A DNA stretch of 64,000 nt from Bacteroidia bacterium (GCA_016788185.1 JAEUTF010000190.1:3733-67732), one strand, 5' to 3'; counted from the first letter of the stretch, positions 8,472-17,595 are shown. Numbers and translations: made by a program. The notes: a model not told the origin generated them from the letters alone.

Positions 8472-9617
8472 TCAGGAAACCACTTTGAGGGTACGCTGTA
8501 CCTTTCCTGCCAGTTGAATGGCTTCCTGCAGGTGATCGGCCAGAATGGTGACATGTCCCATCTTGCGGAAGGGCTTTGTAATTTTCTTTCCGTAGAGATG
8601 TACATAGACCCCGGGCCACTTCATCACTTCCTCTATGCCATGGTAATGCGCCTCACCGTTATGTCCCTCTTCTCCCAGCAGGTTGACCATGACCGCCGGC
8701 CTCAGGGTAGCGGTGTCGCCCGGCGGGAGCCCTAAGATGGCCCTCAGGTGCTGGGCATACTGAGAGGTGATATTGCCCTCAATGGTCTGGTGACCGCTGT
8801 TGTGCGGACGGGGGGCGATTTCATTGACCAGGATGTCACCCTGCCTGGTGACGAACATCTCCACCGCCAGTAGTCCCACAAGGCCCATTTTGTCAATGAC
8901 TTTACGGGCAATAGCGATGGCTTTTTCTTCGGTTTCCCTGCTGATTCTCGCCGGACTGCAGAGGAATTCCACCAGGTTGGCCTGCGGATTGAACTCCATT
9001 TCCACGACGGGAAAGTGGGACAGCTCACCAAGGCGGTTCCTGGAAACAATCACCGAAATCTCCATGGAAAAATCAACCAGCTCTTCCAGAACACAAGGTC
9101 CGTCGAAGGCCATTTCAAGATCCGCCGCCGACTTCATTTTCATCACCCCTTTGCCATCGTAACCGCCCTTGCGCAGCTTCAGCATGCCCGGAAGATGGGC
9201 GCCCATCTTTTGCAGTTCAGCTTTATCCTTTACCAGCACAAAGGCGGCGGTGGGTATCCCGTGAGAAACATAGAATTCCTTCTGCAGGCCCTTGTCCTGT
9301 ACCATTTGCAGGAGCTGGGGCTGCGGATAAACGGGTATTCCTTCCGCTTCCAGGCGCATCAATGCGCGGGTGTTGACGTGCTCTATTTCCACGGTCAGCA
9401 GGCTGCATTCCCTGCCGAAACGATACACCTCCTCCTCCGACCTGAAGTCGGCATGGACGAAACGTTCACAGAGATAACGACAGGGAGCCGAAGCGTCCGG
9501 ATCCATTACCGAAGTACTGATATTCAGGTTGATAGCCTCCTGAATCAGCATCCTTCCCAATTGTCCGCCACCAAGGATGCCAAGGCGAAAATGTTCACCG
9601 GAGAAGTGCATACTCAT
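8472..9617 (-). CDS. purK: 5-(carboxyamino)imidazole ribonucleotide synthase (ATP-grasp)
   Basis: N-terminal ILGGGQLGRM, ATP-grasp body (GYDGKGV, EISVIVSR), adjacent to purE. Confidence 0.95.
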   Translation of the reverse strand: MSMHFSGEHFRLGILGGGQLGRMLIQEAINLNISTSVMDPDASAPCRYLCERFVHADFRSEEEVYRFGRECSLLTVEIEHVNTRALMRLEAEGIPVYPQPQLLQMVQDKGLQKEFYVSHGIPTAAFVLVKDKAELQKMGAHLPGMLKLRKGGYDGKGVMKMKSAADLEMAFDGPCVLEELVDFSMEISVIVSRNRLGELSHFPVVEMEFNPQANLVEFLCSPARISRETEEKAIAIARKVIDKMGLVGLLAVEMFVTRQGDILVNEIAPRPHNSGHQTIEGNITSQYAQHLRAILGLPPGDTATLRPAVMVNLLGEEGHNGEAHYHGIEEVMKWPGVYVHLYGKKITKPFRKMGHVTILADHLQEAIQLAGKVQRTLKVVS

Positions 9618-9706
9618 GGCTCAAAAATACACTGAAAAACAAGCCGTGGCGTTTTTAAACGGATACAAATGTTTAGAGGTGCTTCTTTCGTACCTTCGCG
9701 CCTTCT

Positions 9707-10243
9707 ATGTCCGAGGTACAAGTACACGACAAAATCTTTACACCCTTCATCACGGCCGGTCAGATTCAGGCGCGGGTGGCTGAGTTGGGTGCCGCCATTG
9801 ACCGCGACTATGCGGGCAGGAAACCGCTGCTGATCGGGGTGCTCAATGGTTCCGTAATTTTTATGGCCGATCTGCTGCGCCACATCCGCAGCGCCTGTGA
9901 AATCGGATTCATCCGGGTGAGTTCCTATCATGGTACCGAGAGCAGCGGAAAAGTGAAAAACGTGATGGGGCTCAGCGATGAACTCAGCGGCCGCCATGTG
10001 ATCATTGTGGAAGATATCATCGACACCGGCGATACCGCGGTGTACCTTCTCGATGAAATCAAAAAGAAAAATCCGGCCAGCCTGGCCTTCGCCACAATCC
10101 TCTTCAAGCCGGCAGCCCTGCGGCATCCGGTGAAACCCGATTATGTGGGCTTTGAAATACCGCCTGCCTTTGTGGTGGGTTACGGGCTCGACTACGATGG
10201 ACTGGGCCGCAACCTTGCCGATATCTATCAGTTAAAATCCTAA
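9707..10243 (+). CDS. hpt: Hypoxanthine phosphoribosyltransferase
   Basis: PRPP-binding motif HVIIVEDIIDTGDT, C-terminal VVGYGLDY, and about 178 aa in length. Confidence 0.9.
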   Translation: MSEVQVHDKIFTPFITAGQIQARVAELGAAIDRDYAGRKPLLIGVLNGSVIFMADLLRHIRSACEIGFIRVSSYHGTESSGKVKNVMGLSDELSGRHVIIVEDIIDTGDTAVYLLDEIKKKNPASLAFATILFKPAALRHPVKPDYVGFEIPPAFVVGYGLDYDGLGRNLADIYQLKS

Positions 10244-10254
10244 TCATCTTCAGC

Positions 10255-10833
10255 ATGCTTAACATTGTTCTCTTTGGCCCCCCCGGAGCAGGAAAAGGCA
10301 CTCAAAGTGCGAAACTCATCGAAAAATACCAGCTCGTTCACCTGTCGACCGGTGATATTTTCCGTGCCAACATCAAAGGGGGAACGGAACTGGGAACATT
10401 GGCCAAAAGCTACATGGACCAGGGGCAACTGGTGCCCGATGAAGTGACCATCCGTATGCTGGAGTCGGAGGCGGATAAATCACCGGATGCGCAGGGATAT
10501 ATCTTCGACGGATTTCCACGCACCCCCGCACAGGCGAAAGCCCTCGATCAATTCCTGGCCTCAAAAAACACGTCCATCACCATGATGCTGGCCCTGGAAG
10601 TGGAAGAAGATGAATTGAAAAAGAGGCTTCTGCTCCGCGGGCGGGATTCCGGTCGTGCCGACGATGTCGATCCGGCGGTGATACAGAAACGCATTGACGT
10701 TTACCGTAACGAAACCGAACCTGTTCGCGACTATTATCAGGCACAGGATAAATATACCGGCATCAAAGGCACCGGCAGCATCGATGAAATCTTTGAACGC
10801 CTTTGTGCGGCCATCGACAGCCTGGTGAAATAG
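10255..10833 (+). CDS. adk: Adenylate kinase
   Basis: P-loop LFGPPGAGKGTQ, plus LSTGDIFR and GFPRT motifs. Confidence 0.95.
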   Translation: MLNIVLFGPPGAGKGTQSAKLIEKYQLVHLSTGDIFRANIKGGTELGTLAKSYMDQGQLVPDEVTIRMLESEADKSPDAQGYIFDGFPRTPAQAKALDQFLASKNTSITMMLALEVEEDELKKRLLLRGRDSGRADDVDPAVIQKRIDVYRNETEPVRDYYQAQDKYTGIKGTGSIDEIFERLCAAIDSLVK

Positions 10834-10953
10834 CCGATAGCCCCTTCGTGCCGGATCCTGTACGGCCTCCGACAGATCAATCGTTCCCACAGGAAATTAA
10901 CCGGTAAAATCACAGTATCAACGGCCCCTTGCCCATCAACCCTCCCCTACAGC

Positions 10954-11985
10954 ATGTCCGGTTCCAATTTTGTTGACTATGTTAAAATCTGCTGCCGTTC
11001 CGGCGCCGGCGGTGCGGGTTCGGTACACCTTCACCGTGATAAGCTCACGGCGAAAGGAGGGCCCGACGGGGGTGACGGCGGGCATGGCGGCAACATCATT
11101 GTGCGGGGCAATGCGCAGTTGTGGACCTTGCTCCATCTGAAATACCGTAAACACGTTATTGCCGATCCGGGCGGTGGCGGCGGAAGCGCCCTGAAGACCG
11201 GCGCCGACGGAGAAAACATCATTCTGGAAGTGCCCATCGGCACCGTGGCACGCGACGCTGAAACAGGAGAAAAACATTTTGAGATTGAAAGGGATGGACA
11301 GGAAGAAATTCTCCTGCCCGGCGGACGCGGCGGAAAAGGAAATGCTTTTTTCAAGTCCTCCACCCTGCAAACACCCCGTTTCGCGCAACCCGGAGAGCCG
11401 GGCCGTGAGGAATGGAAAGTACTTGAATTGAAATTACTCGCCGATGTCGGGCTGGTGGGATTTCCGAACGCCGGCAAAAGCACGCTGCTCTCGGTTGTGT
11501 CGGCAGCCAAACCCGAAATCGCCGACTACCCCTTCACCACCCTGGTCCCCAACCTGGGCATTGTACGCTACCGCGACAACAAATCTTTTGTGATGGCCGA
11601 CATACCCGGCATCATCGAAGGGGCACACGAGGGAAAAGGATTGGGATCGCGGTTTCTCCGACACATCGAACGCAACTCCGTATTGCTTTTTATGATTCCT
11701 GTCGACGCCAGGGATCTCCGCAGGGAATATGAAATCCTCCTGAACGAATTGCGGCTGCACAACCCGGAACTGCTTGATAAACGCCGCGTCATCGCGATCA
11801 CCAAGTGCGATATGATTGACGATGAATTGCAGCAGGCCATGAAGAAAGAAGCACCGGCCGACCAACAATCGGACGGAAGTCCTGTTCCCCTCCTTTTCAT
11901 TTCCGCCATTGCCGGAAAGGGCATCGCCGAGCTAAAAGACATCCTGTGGGAGCAAATGAATGAACGATCCTTTCTTTCCAGATAA
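10954..11985 (+). CDS. obg: GTPase Obg/CgtA
   Basis: Gly-rich Obg fold ([18 protein letters not shown]), G1 GFPNAGKST and G3 DIPGIIEGA. Confidence 0.95.
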   Translation: MSGSNFVDYVKICCRSGAGGAGSVHLHRDKLTAKGGPDGGDGGHGGNIIVRGNAQLWTLLHLKYRKHVIADPGGGGGSALKTGADGENIILEVPIGTVARDAETGEKHFEIERDGQEEILLPGGRGGKGNAFFKSSTLQTPRFAQPGEPGREEWKVLELKLLADVGLVGFPNAGKSTLLSVVSAAKPEIADYPFTTLVPNLGIVRYRDNKSFVMADIPGIIEGAHEGKGLGSRFLRHIERNSVLLFMIPVDARDLRREYEILLNELRLHNPELLDKRRVIAITKCDMIDDELQQAMKKEAPADQQSDGSPVPLLFISAIAGKGIAELKDILWEQMNERSFLSR

Positions 11986-11990
11986 AGCGC

Positions 11991-12581
11991 ATGCAGATGC
12001 CTGAATGGCTCAGGGAAATTGATACCAGACTGTTATTGGCCATCAACGGTGCCAATGACCCGGTACTGGATTTTATTTTTTACTGGGCCAGTTCGAAGTG
12101 GGTATGGATTCCCTTTTATGCCTGGCTGCTGTATGTTCTTTACCGGAATTACGGTAAAAAAGTATTGTGGTTTCTGCCCCTGATTGCCCTCATGGTTGCC
12201 GGCAGCGATCAACTTTCCACCCTGCTGAAAAATACCACTGAACGATTTCGTCCTTGTCATGAACCTGCCATCATGCACCTGGTGCATCTGGTTAACAACA
12301 AGTGCGGCGGTACCTTCGGCTTTGTCAGCTCCCATGCCGCCAACACCATGGCCCTGGCCACCTTTGTCCTCCTCCTGCTTCCGCGCGGTTACCGCGATCT
12401 CCGTCTGGAACTGCTGGCCTTTGTGCTGATCAACGGTTACAGCAGGATGTACCTGGGCGCGCATTACCCGCTGGATGTTCTTTGCGGCTGGCTGTTGGGC
12501 TTTATCCTCGGCCTGCTCTTTTCTTCCCTGATGAAAACAATGATCAAGGTACCCGATAATGTAGCCAGCGGACATGAATAA
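11991..12581 (+). CDS. PAP2-family phosphatase (membrane)
   Basis: The three PAP2 motifs are present: KNTTERFRP, SSHAAN and SRMYLGAHYPLDV. Multiple TM helices. Confidence 0.8.
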   Translation: MQMPEWLREIDTRLLLAINGANDPVLDFIFYWASSKWVWIPFYAWLLYVLYRNYGKKVLWFLPLIALMVAGSDQLSTLLKNTTERFRPCHEPAIMHLVHLVNNKCGGTFGFVSSHAANTMALATFVLLLLPRGYRDLRLELLAFVLINGYSRMYLGAHYPLDVLCGWLLGFILGLLFSSLMKTMIKVPDNVASGHE

Positions 12582-12942
12582 ACTCCTTCTTGTTTTCATC
12601 GGCGGCGGCCTGGGTAGTGTGCTGCGTTACCTGATTGGCAGTCTGCTGCAAAAAAACATGCCGGGCGTCCTGCCCTGGCCTACGCTCCTCGCCAATGTGC
12701 TGGCGGCAGCCGTCCTTGGATTTTTCACGGCATTGTTCCTGCTGAAGCCCGGGCAGTATGAACAACAAAGACTCCTCATCGGCGTGGGCTTTTGCGGGGG
12801 CCTCAGTACCTTCTCCAGTTTTACGCTGGAAGGCTTTGAATTGCTACGCTCCGGAAACCCGGGGATGGCTTTGGCGTATATGGTCATCAGTATCATGGCC
12901 TGCCTGGCGGCATTCTGGGCCGCCTGGATGTTACAAAAATGA
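12574..12942 (+). CDS. crcB: Fluoride ion channel CrcB/FluC
   Basis: 122 aa with 4 TM helices, GGGLGSVLRY and GFCGGLSTFSSF motifs. It overlaps the PAP2 stop by 8 nt. Confidence 0.9.
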   Translation: MNKLLLVFIGGGLGSVLRYLIGSLLQKNMPGVLPWPTLLANVLAAAVLGFFTALFLLKPGQYEQQRLLIGVGFCGGLSTFSSFTLEGFELLRSGNPGMALAYMVISIMACLAAFWAAWMLQK

Positions 12943-13622
12943 TGGTAAGAAAACTTCTGTTTATTCCTGTACTGCTTTCCCTGTTGCTACTGAAGACAGG
13001 GAGAACTTCCGCCCAATCATCCGATCTGGGTTGCTGGATCGCCTTCAACAGCAGCCTGAATTTCAATAAAAGCATCGGCGTACATGTAGATGTACAGCTG
13101 CGTCAGTACGAATTCATCAACGATTTTGAGCAAAGCATCGTACGGCCCTCCCTCTTTTATAACCTGAAAGAAGGACAGGTGCAGTTTTCTGCCGGCTTTG
13201 CATGGGCCCATACGGAAGCCTACCGTGCGGGTAGCGAAAACAAGCGGGTATTTGATGAGCGCCGCCTGCACCAGCAGGTGCTGTTCCGCACCCGCACCGG
13301 ACGATTTTACATCAACCACCGGTACCGCCTGGAGGAAAGGTTTTTCAGTGACCGTTCCAATCTCCGCTTTCGTTACCAGGTAAATATGCAATGGCCCCTG
13401 AACAAGCCCCACCTTGAGAAGGGTGCCGTCTATCTTCTGCTGATGGATGAGCTTTTTGTGAACGACCGGTCTCCGGTTTTTGACCGCAACCGGCTGCTGC
13501 TCTCGATGGGATACTCCTTCAGCCCTTCCCTGCGCCTGGAGGCCGGGCTCCTCCTGCAGATGTTCGAAAACAGCCATCGCGCGCAGAGTCTTTTCACCCT
13601 GGTACATTCGTTGAATCTGTAA
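12939..13622 (+). CDS. DUF2490-like secreted or outer-membrane protein
   Basis: Signal peptide, then WIAFNSSLNFNKSIGVHVDVQLRQYEFINDFEQSIVRP, which resembles my recollection of DUF2490. ATGA overlap with the crcB stop. Confidence 0.6.
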   Translation: MMVRKLLFIPVLLSLLLLKTGRTSAQSSDLGCWIAFNSSLNFNKSIGVHVDVQLRQYEFINDFEQSIVRPSLFYNLKEGQVQFSAGFAWAHTEAYRAGSENKRVFDERRLHQQVLFRTRTGRFYINHRYRLEERFFSDRSNLRFRYQVNMQWPLNKPHLEKGAVYLLLMDELFVNDRSPVFDRNRLLLSMGYSFSPSLRLEAGLLLQMFENSHRAQSLFTLVHSLNL

Positions 13623-13813
13623 TGCGGAGAGGCGATTGCATCCGGCTTTTTCATTCTTAGACGATACACACAGCCGAGGACATTTTCTTCCATCTTAGAT
13701 GAAGCAAGCGGATATTACCGGAAGTGCACGGCGCTTTCTCCAGTAAATTTTGCAGGAAGGTTGCAACAGGCATTTGTTTTCATGATAATGCTTACTTTCA
13801 CTTTGCGCAACAC

Positions 13814-14386
13814 ATGGAAAGCCTGCTCAACAACATCGCCCGGTATATTCAGCTGGAAGATGACGAAAAAGAATATTTTCTTTCCCTGGTCGGGGAGAAA
13901 AAAGTCAGAAGGAAACAGTTGCTTCTCCAGGAAGGAGAGGTTTGCCATCATTCCATTTTTGTGAAATCCGGATGTTTGCGCGGCTACACGCTGGATAAAA
14001 ACGGCGACGAGCACGTCATCAGCTTTGCCACGGCAGGATGGTGGATTGCCGACATGTACAGTTTAATTACGCGGAAGCCCGGACAACTGTTCATTGAAAG
14101 CAGCACGGAGGCGCATTTGCAGTTGCTGACGAGAGAGCATCAGGAAAAACTATTTGAACAGATACCGAAGTTTGAACGCTTTTTCAGGATCCTGACCGAG
14201 AATTCACTGGTGGCCACGCAGCAAAGAATCATCGACAACCTTAGCCTGGGAGCCCGGGAACGCTACCTGGAATTTATCAGGAAATACCCCAGCCTGAAGG
14301 ATGAACTGCCACAGAAACACATAGCCTCCTACATCGGCGTAACACCCGAATTTTTCTCGAAAATGATGCGCAGTTTGCCGGAATAG
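13814..14386 (+). CDS. Crp/Fnr-family transcriptional regulator
   Basis: cNMP-binding beta-barrel (LLLQEGEVCHHSIFVKSGCLRGY) and C-terminal HTH (KHIASYIGVTPEFFSKMMR). I prefer the internal ATG at 13814 (MESLLNNIARYI) over the track start at 13724. Confidence 0.85.
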   Translation: MESLLNNIARYIQLEDDEKEYFLSLVGEKKVRRKQLLLQEGEVCHHSIFVKSGCLRGYTLDKNGDEHVISFATAGWWIADMYSLITRKPGQLFIESSTEAHLQLLTREHQEKLFEQIPKFERFFRILTENSLVATQQRIIDNLSLGARERYLEFIRKYPSLKDELPQKHIASYIGVTPEFFSKMMRSLPE

Positions 14387-14443
14387 AAGCGACCGGCCGT
14401 GAAAATCTTAATCCGGGTTAAGTTTTGCTCTTAATCTGGCTTA

Positions 14444-14475
14444 TTGGAAACAAAAGCCAAAGACCTGTACCTTTG
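14444..14475 (+). promoter_or_regulatory. Putative Bacteroidota-type promoter for the pirin gene
   Basis: TACCTTTG (14468-14475) matches the TAnnTTTG -7 consensus, with TTG (14444-14446) 21 nt upstream. The box ends 19 nt before the ATG at 14495. Confidence 0.4.
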
Positions 14476-14494
14476 TTTTACCAAACCGAAAAAC

Positions 14495-15367
14495 ATGGAC
14501 CGCAAATCATTTCTTCGCAAAGGCCTGCTGGGAACAGGCATGTTTGCCGCCTCCGCCGCCCTCGGGCAGGTTATCCGTAACAACATCGATGAGCTGAAAG
14601 AACTCGACATCATCGGCTTCAACCACCTTCCAAACGAAACATCCAGCATTATGGCCAATACCATCTTACACAAAGCCAACAGCCGCGGCCATGCCAACCA
14701 TGGCTGGCTCGACTCAAAGCACACCTTTAGCTTTGCCAATTATTACAACCCCGACCGCATGCACTTCGGCGTACTTCGGGTACTCAATGACGATACCGTG
14801 GCACCGGGAATGGGTTTCGGAACTCATCCGCACGACAACATGGAAATCATTTCCATCCCGCTGGAAGGGGATCTGCAACACAAAGACAGCATGGGAAATG
14901 TTGCGGTCATCCGGAACGGAGATATCCAGGTGATGAGCGCAGGTACCGGCATACAACACAGTGAATACAATAAAAACCAGGATCAGGAAGTCAGGTTTCT
15001 TCAGATCTGGTTATTCCCCAACAAGAAAAATGTAACGCCGCGCTACGATCAGATCACCTTAAAAACCGACGACCGCCGCAACAAGCTGCAGCAGATTTTA
15101 TCGCCCAGCCCCGATGATGCCGGCGTATGGATTCATCAGGATGCCTGGTTCCACCTTGGAAATTTAGACCAAGGCACCACACTTCAATACCAGCTGAAGA
15201 AAAAAGGAAACGGCGTTTATGCCTTCCTGCTGAATGGTGAAATGAAAATCAACGGTCAGGTATTGGAGAAACGCGACGGATTCGGCATCTGGGACGTTGA
15301 TTCCATTCAACTGAGTGCCGAAAAAAATTCGGAAATCCTCCTGATGGAAGTGCCGATGAGCGTGTAA
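14495..15367 (+). CDS. Pirin-family protein with N-terminal export-type signal
   Basis: Bicupin with the metal motif THPHDNMEIISIPLEG and MSAGTGIQHSE. The N-terminus MDRKSFLRKGLLGTGMFAASAALGQ resembles a Tat/Sec signal with RK in place of RR. Confidence 0.88.
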   Translation: MDRKSFLRKGLLGTGMFAASAALGQVIRNNIDELKELDIIGFNHLPNETSSIMANTILHKANSRGHANHGWLDSKHTFSFANYYNPDRMHFGVLRVLNDDTVAPGMGFGTHPHDNMEIISIPLEGDLQHKDSMGNVAVIRNGDIQVMSAGTGIQHSEYNKNQDQEVRFLQIWLFPNKKNVTPRYDQITLKTDDRRNKLQQILSPSPDDAGVWIHQDAWFHLGNLDQGTTLQYQLKKKGNGVYAFLLNGEMKINGQVLEKRDGFGIWDVDSIQLSAEKNSEILLMEVPMSV

Positions 15368-15459
15368 GCCCTTCTGGTGCTGATGGCACTCCACTTCACC
15401 GTAGCTCCGGTGACCGCCAGCGGTACATCCGGAAGCGGGCCACAGAAAAACCAACACAC

Positions 15460-15496
15460 AAAGGACCTTCCCGTACGAGGAAGGTCCTTTGATTTT
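15460..15496. terminator. Strong bidirectional rho-independent terminator (pirin / mbnH convergent)
   Basis: Perfect 12-bp stem AAAGGACCTTCC (15460-15471) / GGAAGGTCCTTT (15479-15490), 7-nt loop, T-rich tails on both strands. Confidence 0.85.
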
Positions 15497-15514
15497 AGAG
15501 CTGAATGCTAAGCA

Positions 15515-16582
15515 TCAATGCGGATTCTGATAGGCCGGATTGCTGACAAATGCCGTATCGGTAAACGTTTTCAGAAAATCAACCAGGCATTGCTTCTCGT
15601 AGGCCGTGAGTTGCAATCCGAAAGCTTTGTTGGCTTTGGTCATGATCGGATCGATATTGGGTGAGGTCTGATGCACACCGCTGTTGTAAAACTCCACCAC
15701 TTCCTCCAGCGTCTTGAACCGGCCATCGTGCATATAGGGCGCCGTCAGGTCAATGTTGCGGAGCGAGGGGATGCTGAATTTACCATCGTCGAGTGGGTTG
15801 CCGGTGTAATTGTACTTGCCACGGTCTATACCGGCCGGCAGGCTGTCGAGTCCGTTGTTGGTGATCGCGTTGCTGGTCATGAGTGCACCGCCGTGACAAT
15901 GGAAGCAATCGCCCTGCTCGGTAAAGAAAATGGTCATGCCCACCAGCTCCGTCGAACTGAGGTTCTCCGTGTGTTTCAGATAGCGGTCAAACTTTGAATC
16001 GGAACTCACCAGGGTGCGCAGGAACTGACCAATGGCCGAAACGATTTTAGTTTTTAACTCCTGGTCGCTCATGGAAGTAAAAGCATTGTTGCCGAATGCG
16101 CGGAAAAACATGTTTTTATACAGAGTACTGGCTTCAAGTCGTTTGACCAGCGTATCCATGTTGGTATTGAAAAACTGCGGCTCAAAATCACCCATGCATA
16201 CTGCTTCGGTGGTACTGAACTGACCGTTCCAGGTGAAGTCGGGAGAGAAGGCCAGGTTCATGATGGGCAAGACGGAAATGCTGTCACCCGCAGTCGTCAC
16301 AAAGGACGGAACCGAATACGCCTTGGAGGCCTGGTGACAGGACGAACAACTCAGTCCGTTGGAAGAGAGGATAGGATCGTAAAAGAGGTAGCGACCCAGT
16401 TCCACGCCCTCAACGCTGAGGGGATTGACCGCCGGAATGTTCGCCGGAGGAAATCCCGTTGGTATGTCCAGGTAATACGGACGGGTGTCCCATCCTGAAT
16501 CGTTCTTCTCGTCTTTCTTACAACTGTGTAAAAAGAATACGCCTGTCAGCAGAACAAGCAGAATAGCCAGTTTTGTTTTCAT
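15515..16582 (-). CDS. mbnH: Di-haem cytochrome c peroxidase / MauG-like protein (MbnH-type partner of MbnP)
   Basis: Two CxxCH haem motifs (CSSCHQ and CFHCHG), lipoprotein-like signal (LHSCKKD), and ATGA overlap with the upstream MbnP-like gene. Confidence 0.8.
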   Translation of the reverse strand: MKTKLAILLVLLTGVFFLHSCKKDEKNDSGWDTRPYYLDIPTGFPPANIPAVNPLSVEGVELGRYLFYDPILSSNGLSCSSCHQASKAYSVPSFVTTAGDSISVLPIMNLAFSPDFTWNGQFSTTEAVCMGDFEPQFFNTNMDTLVKRLEASTLYKNMFFRAFGNNAFTSMSDQELKTKIVSAIGQFLRTLVSSDSKFDRYLKHTENLSSTELVGMTIFFTEQGDCFHCHGGALMTSNAITNNGLDSLPAGIDRGKYNYTGNPLDDGKFSIPSLRNIDLTAPYMHDGRFKTLEEVVEFYNSGVHQTSPNIDPIMTKANKAFGLQLTAYEKQCLVDFLKTFTDTAFVSNPAYQNPH

Positions 16583-17295
16583 TGCAGTGTGAAAATATCC
16601 GTTCCGTTTTGTGAAAGCTTGGTCATCGCGGCCCCGACACCCATTGAGTAATTGCCATCCACATTGAAATCATACACCTGCGGATGATCGTACCATTCGT
16701 TCAGGTCCATGACCAGGTTCATGGCATTGTTTCCTGCTGAAAGGTTAAAGGTCTTCCAGGTGACCGCCTGCACGAGGTAAGGATTTTTTCCGAGGTGCAT
16801 GGCATAACCCGGTTCATCCAATCCATCGCGGTATTTACCTTCGAATTTCATGAAGTGATAGCCTCCCCCCATGGGCACGGGCCATTCCATGTTGATGTTT
16901 TCAATGGTGGCCGGAAGGGCGTTGGTGATGTTGTGGATGGAATCGAGACCCACCTGCATTTTCATCCCGATAAAATCTCCGGTATCCGGAATTTTATTGG
17001 AAATTTTCAAGGTGGATGGTTCCCGTGCATCCACATAACTGTAGTCGGAAATATCCACCAAGGAACTGTCGGTGCGTATCAACTGAATATTCGACAGGTA
17101 AAACTGCAGCCGGGAAACGCTGTATTCATTGCCGGCCGCATTTGTGTACAGCAGGGTATCAAACTGCAAGACATTTACTCCCACCCTGAAAGAGAGGTTC
17201 AGGGTCAGGTAATCGTCCGCCTTCGGGGCTTCTTCTTCGTCTTTCTTACAGGAGGCAAGGGTCAACAGGAGCAGAATGATCAGATAATTTTTCAT
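16579..17295 (-). CDS. mbnP: MbnP-family periplasmic (copper-binding) lipoprotein
   Basis: ATG at 17295 gives the lipobox MKNYLIILLLLTLASCKKDE. The body (YTNAAGNEYSVSRLQFYLSNIQLI..., NMEWPVPMGGGYHFMKFEGKY) matches my recollection of the MbnP family. It is coupled to a di-haem peroxidase, as in mbnPH pairs. Confidence 0.75.
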   Translation of the reverse strand: MKNYLIILLLLTLASCKKDEEEAPKADDYLTLNLSFRVGVNVLQFDTLLYTNAAGNEYSVSRLQFYLSNIQLIRTDSSLVDISDYSYVDAREPSTLKISNKIPDTGDFIGMKMQVGLDSIHNITNALPATIENINMEWPVPMGGGYHFMKFEGKYRDGLDEPGYAMHLGKNPYLVQAVTWKTFNLSAGNNAMNLVMDLNEWYDHPQVYDFNVDGNYSMGVGAAMTKLSQNGTDIFTLQ

Positions 17296-17309
17296 GTTTG
17301 GGCTTTCTA

Positions 17310-17317
17310 CAAATGTA
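17310..17317 (-). promoter_or_regulatory. Putative -7 promoter box for mbnP
   Basis: On the minus strand this reads TACATTTG (TAnnTTTG), 14 nt upstream of the mbnP ATG. It is embedded in the perfect palindrome TCTACA-AA-TGTAGA (17306-17319). Confidence 0.4.
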
Positions 17318-17583
17318 GAGGGAGGCAGCCCTCCGTAACAATGACAATCATCACGCCTGGTGATCATTTTCATTCATTCCTGCCGAAACTTGCCCTGAAC
17401 CCCGTTCTTGGGTCACATTTGTTACCGAAAAGCCGTGATGATGCTGTGGAGAATCACAAGGCCGTTTTGCCGCGTTCTACCGGTCCAGGATGATGTTGAA
17501 ACCCTGTACAACCTTTACTTCAGCACCACTGGACCCGGGCGGTAATTCCGTTGGTGAGGAAGCCTCCGGAGCTCCGACTTTTT

Positions 17584-17591
17584 TACATTTG
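17584..17591 (+). promoter_or_regulatory. Putative -7 promoter box for the PafA-like phosphatase
   Basis: TACATTTG matches TAnnTTTG and ends only 4 nt before the ATG at 17596, implying a leaderless or nearly leaderless mRNA if functional. Confidence 0.3.
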
Positions 17592-17595
17592 TCGC

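Noticed and set aside
11986-12573. I looked for a fluoride riboswitch ahead of crcB.
   Set aside because: crcB overlaps the preceding PAP2 gene and PAP2 follows obg by 6 nt, so there is no non-coding leader in which a riboswitch could reside.
14444-14494. TTG-initiated extension of the pirin ORF (METKAKDLYLCFTKPKN).
   Set aside because: It overlaps the predicted promoter elements, and ATG 14495 starts the signal-like sequence.
17296-17373. N-terminal extension of the mbnP-like ORF (MKMITRRDDCHCYGGLPPSTFVESPN...).
   Set aside because: The internal ATG at 17295 gives a canonical lipoprotein signal and is preceded by a -7 promoter box. The extension would bury that signal.
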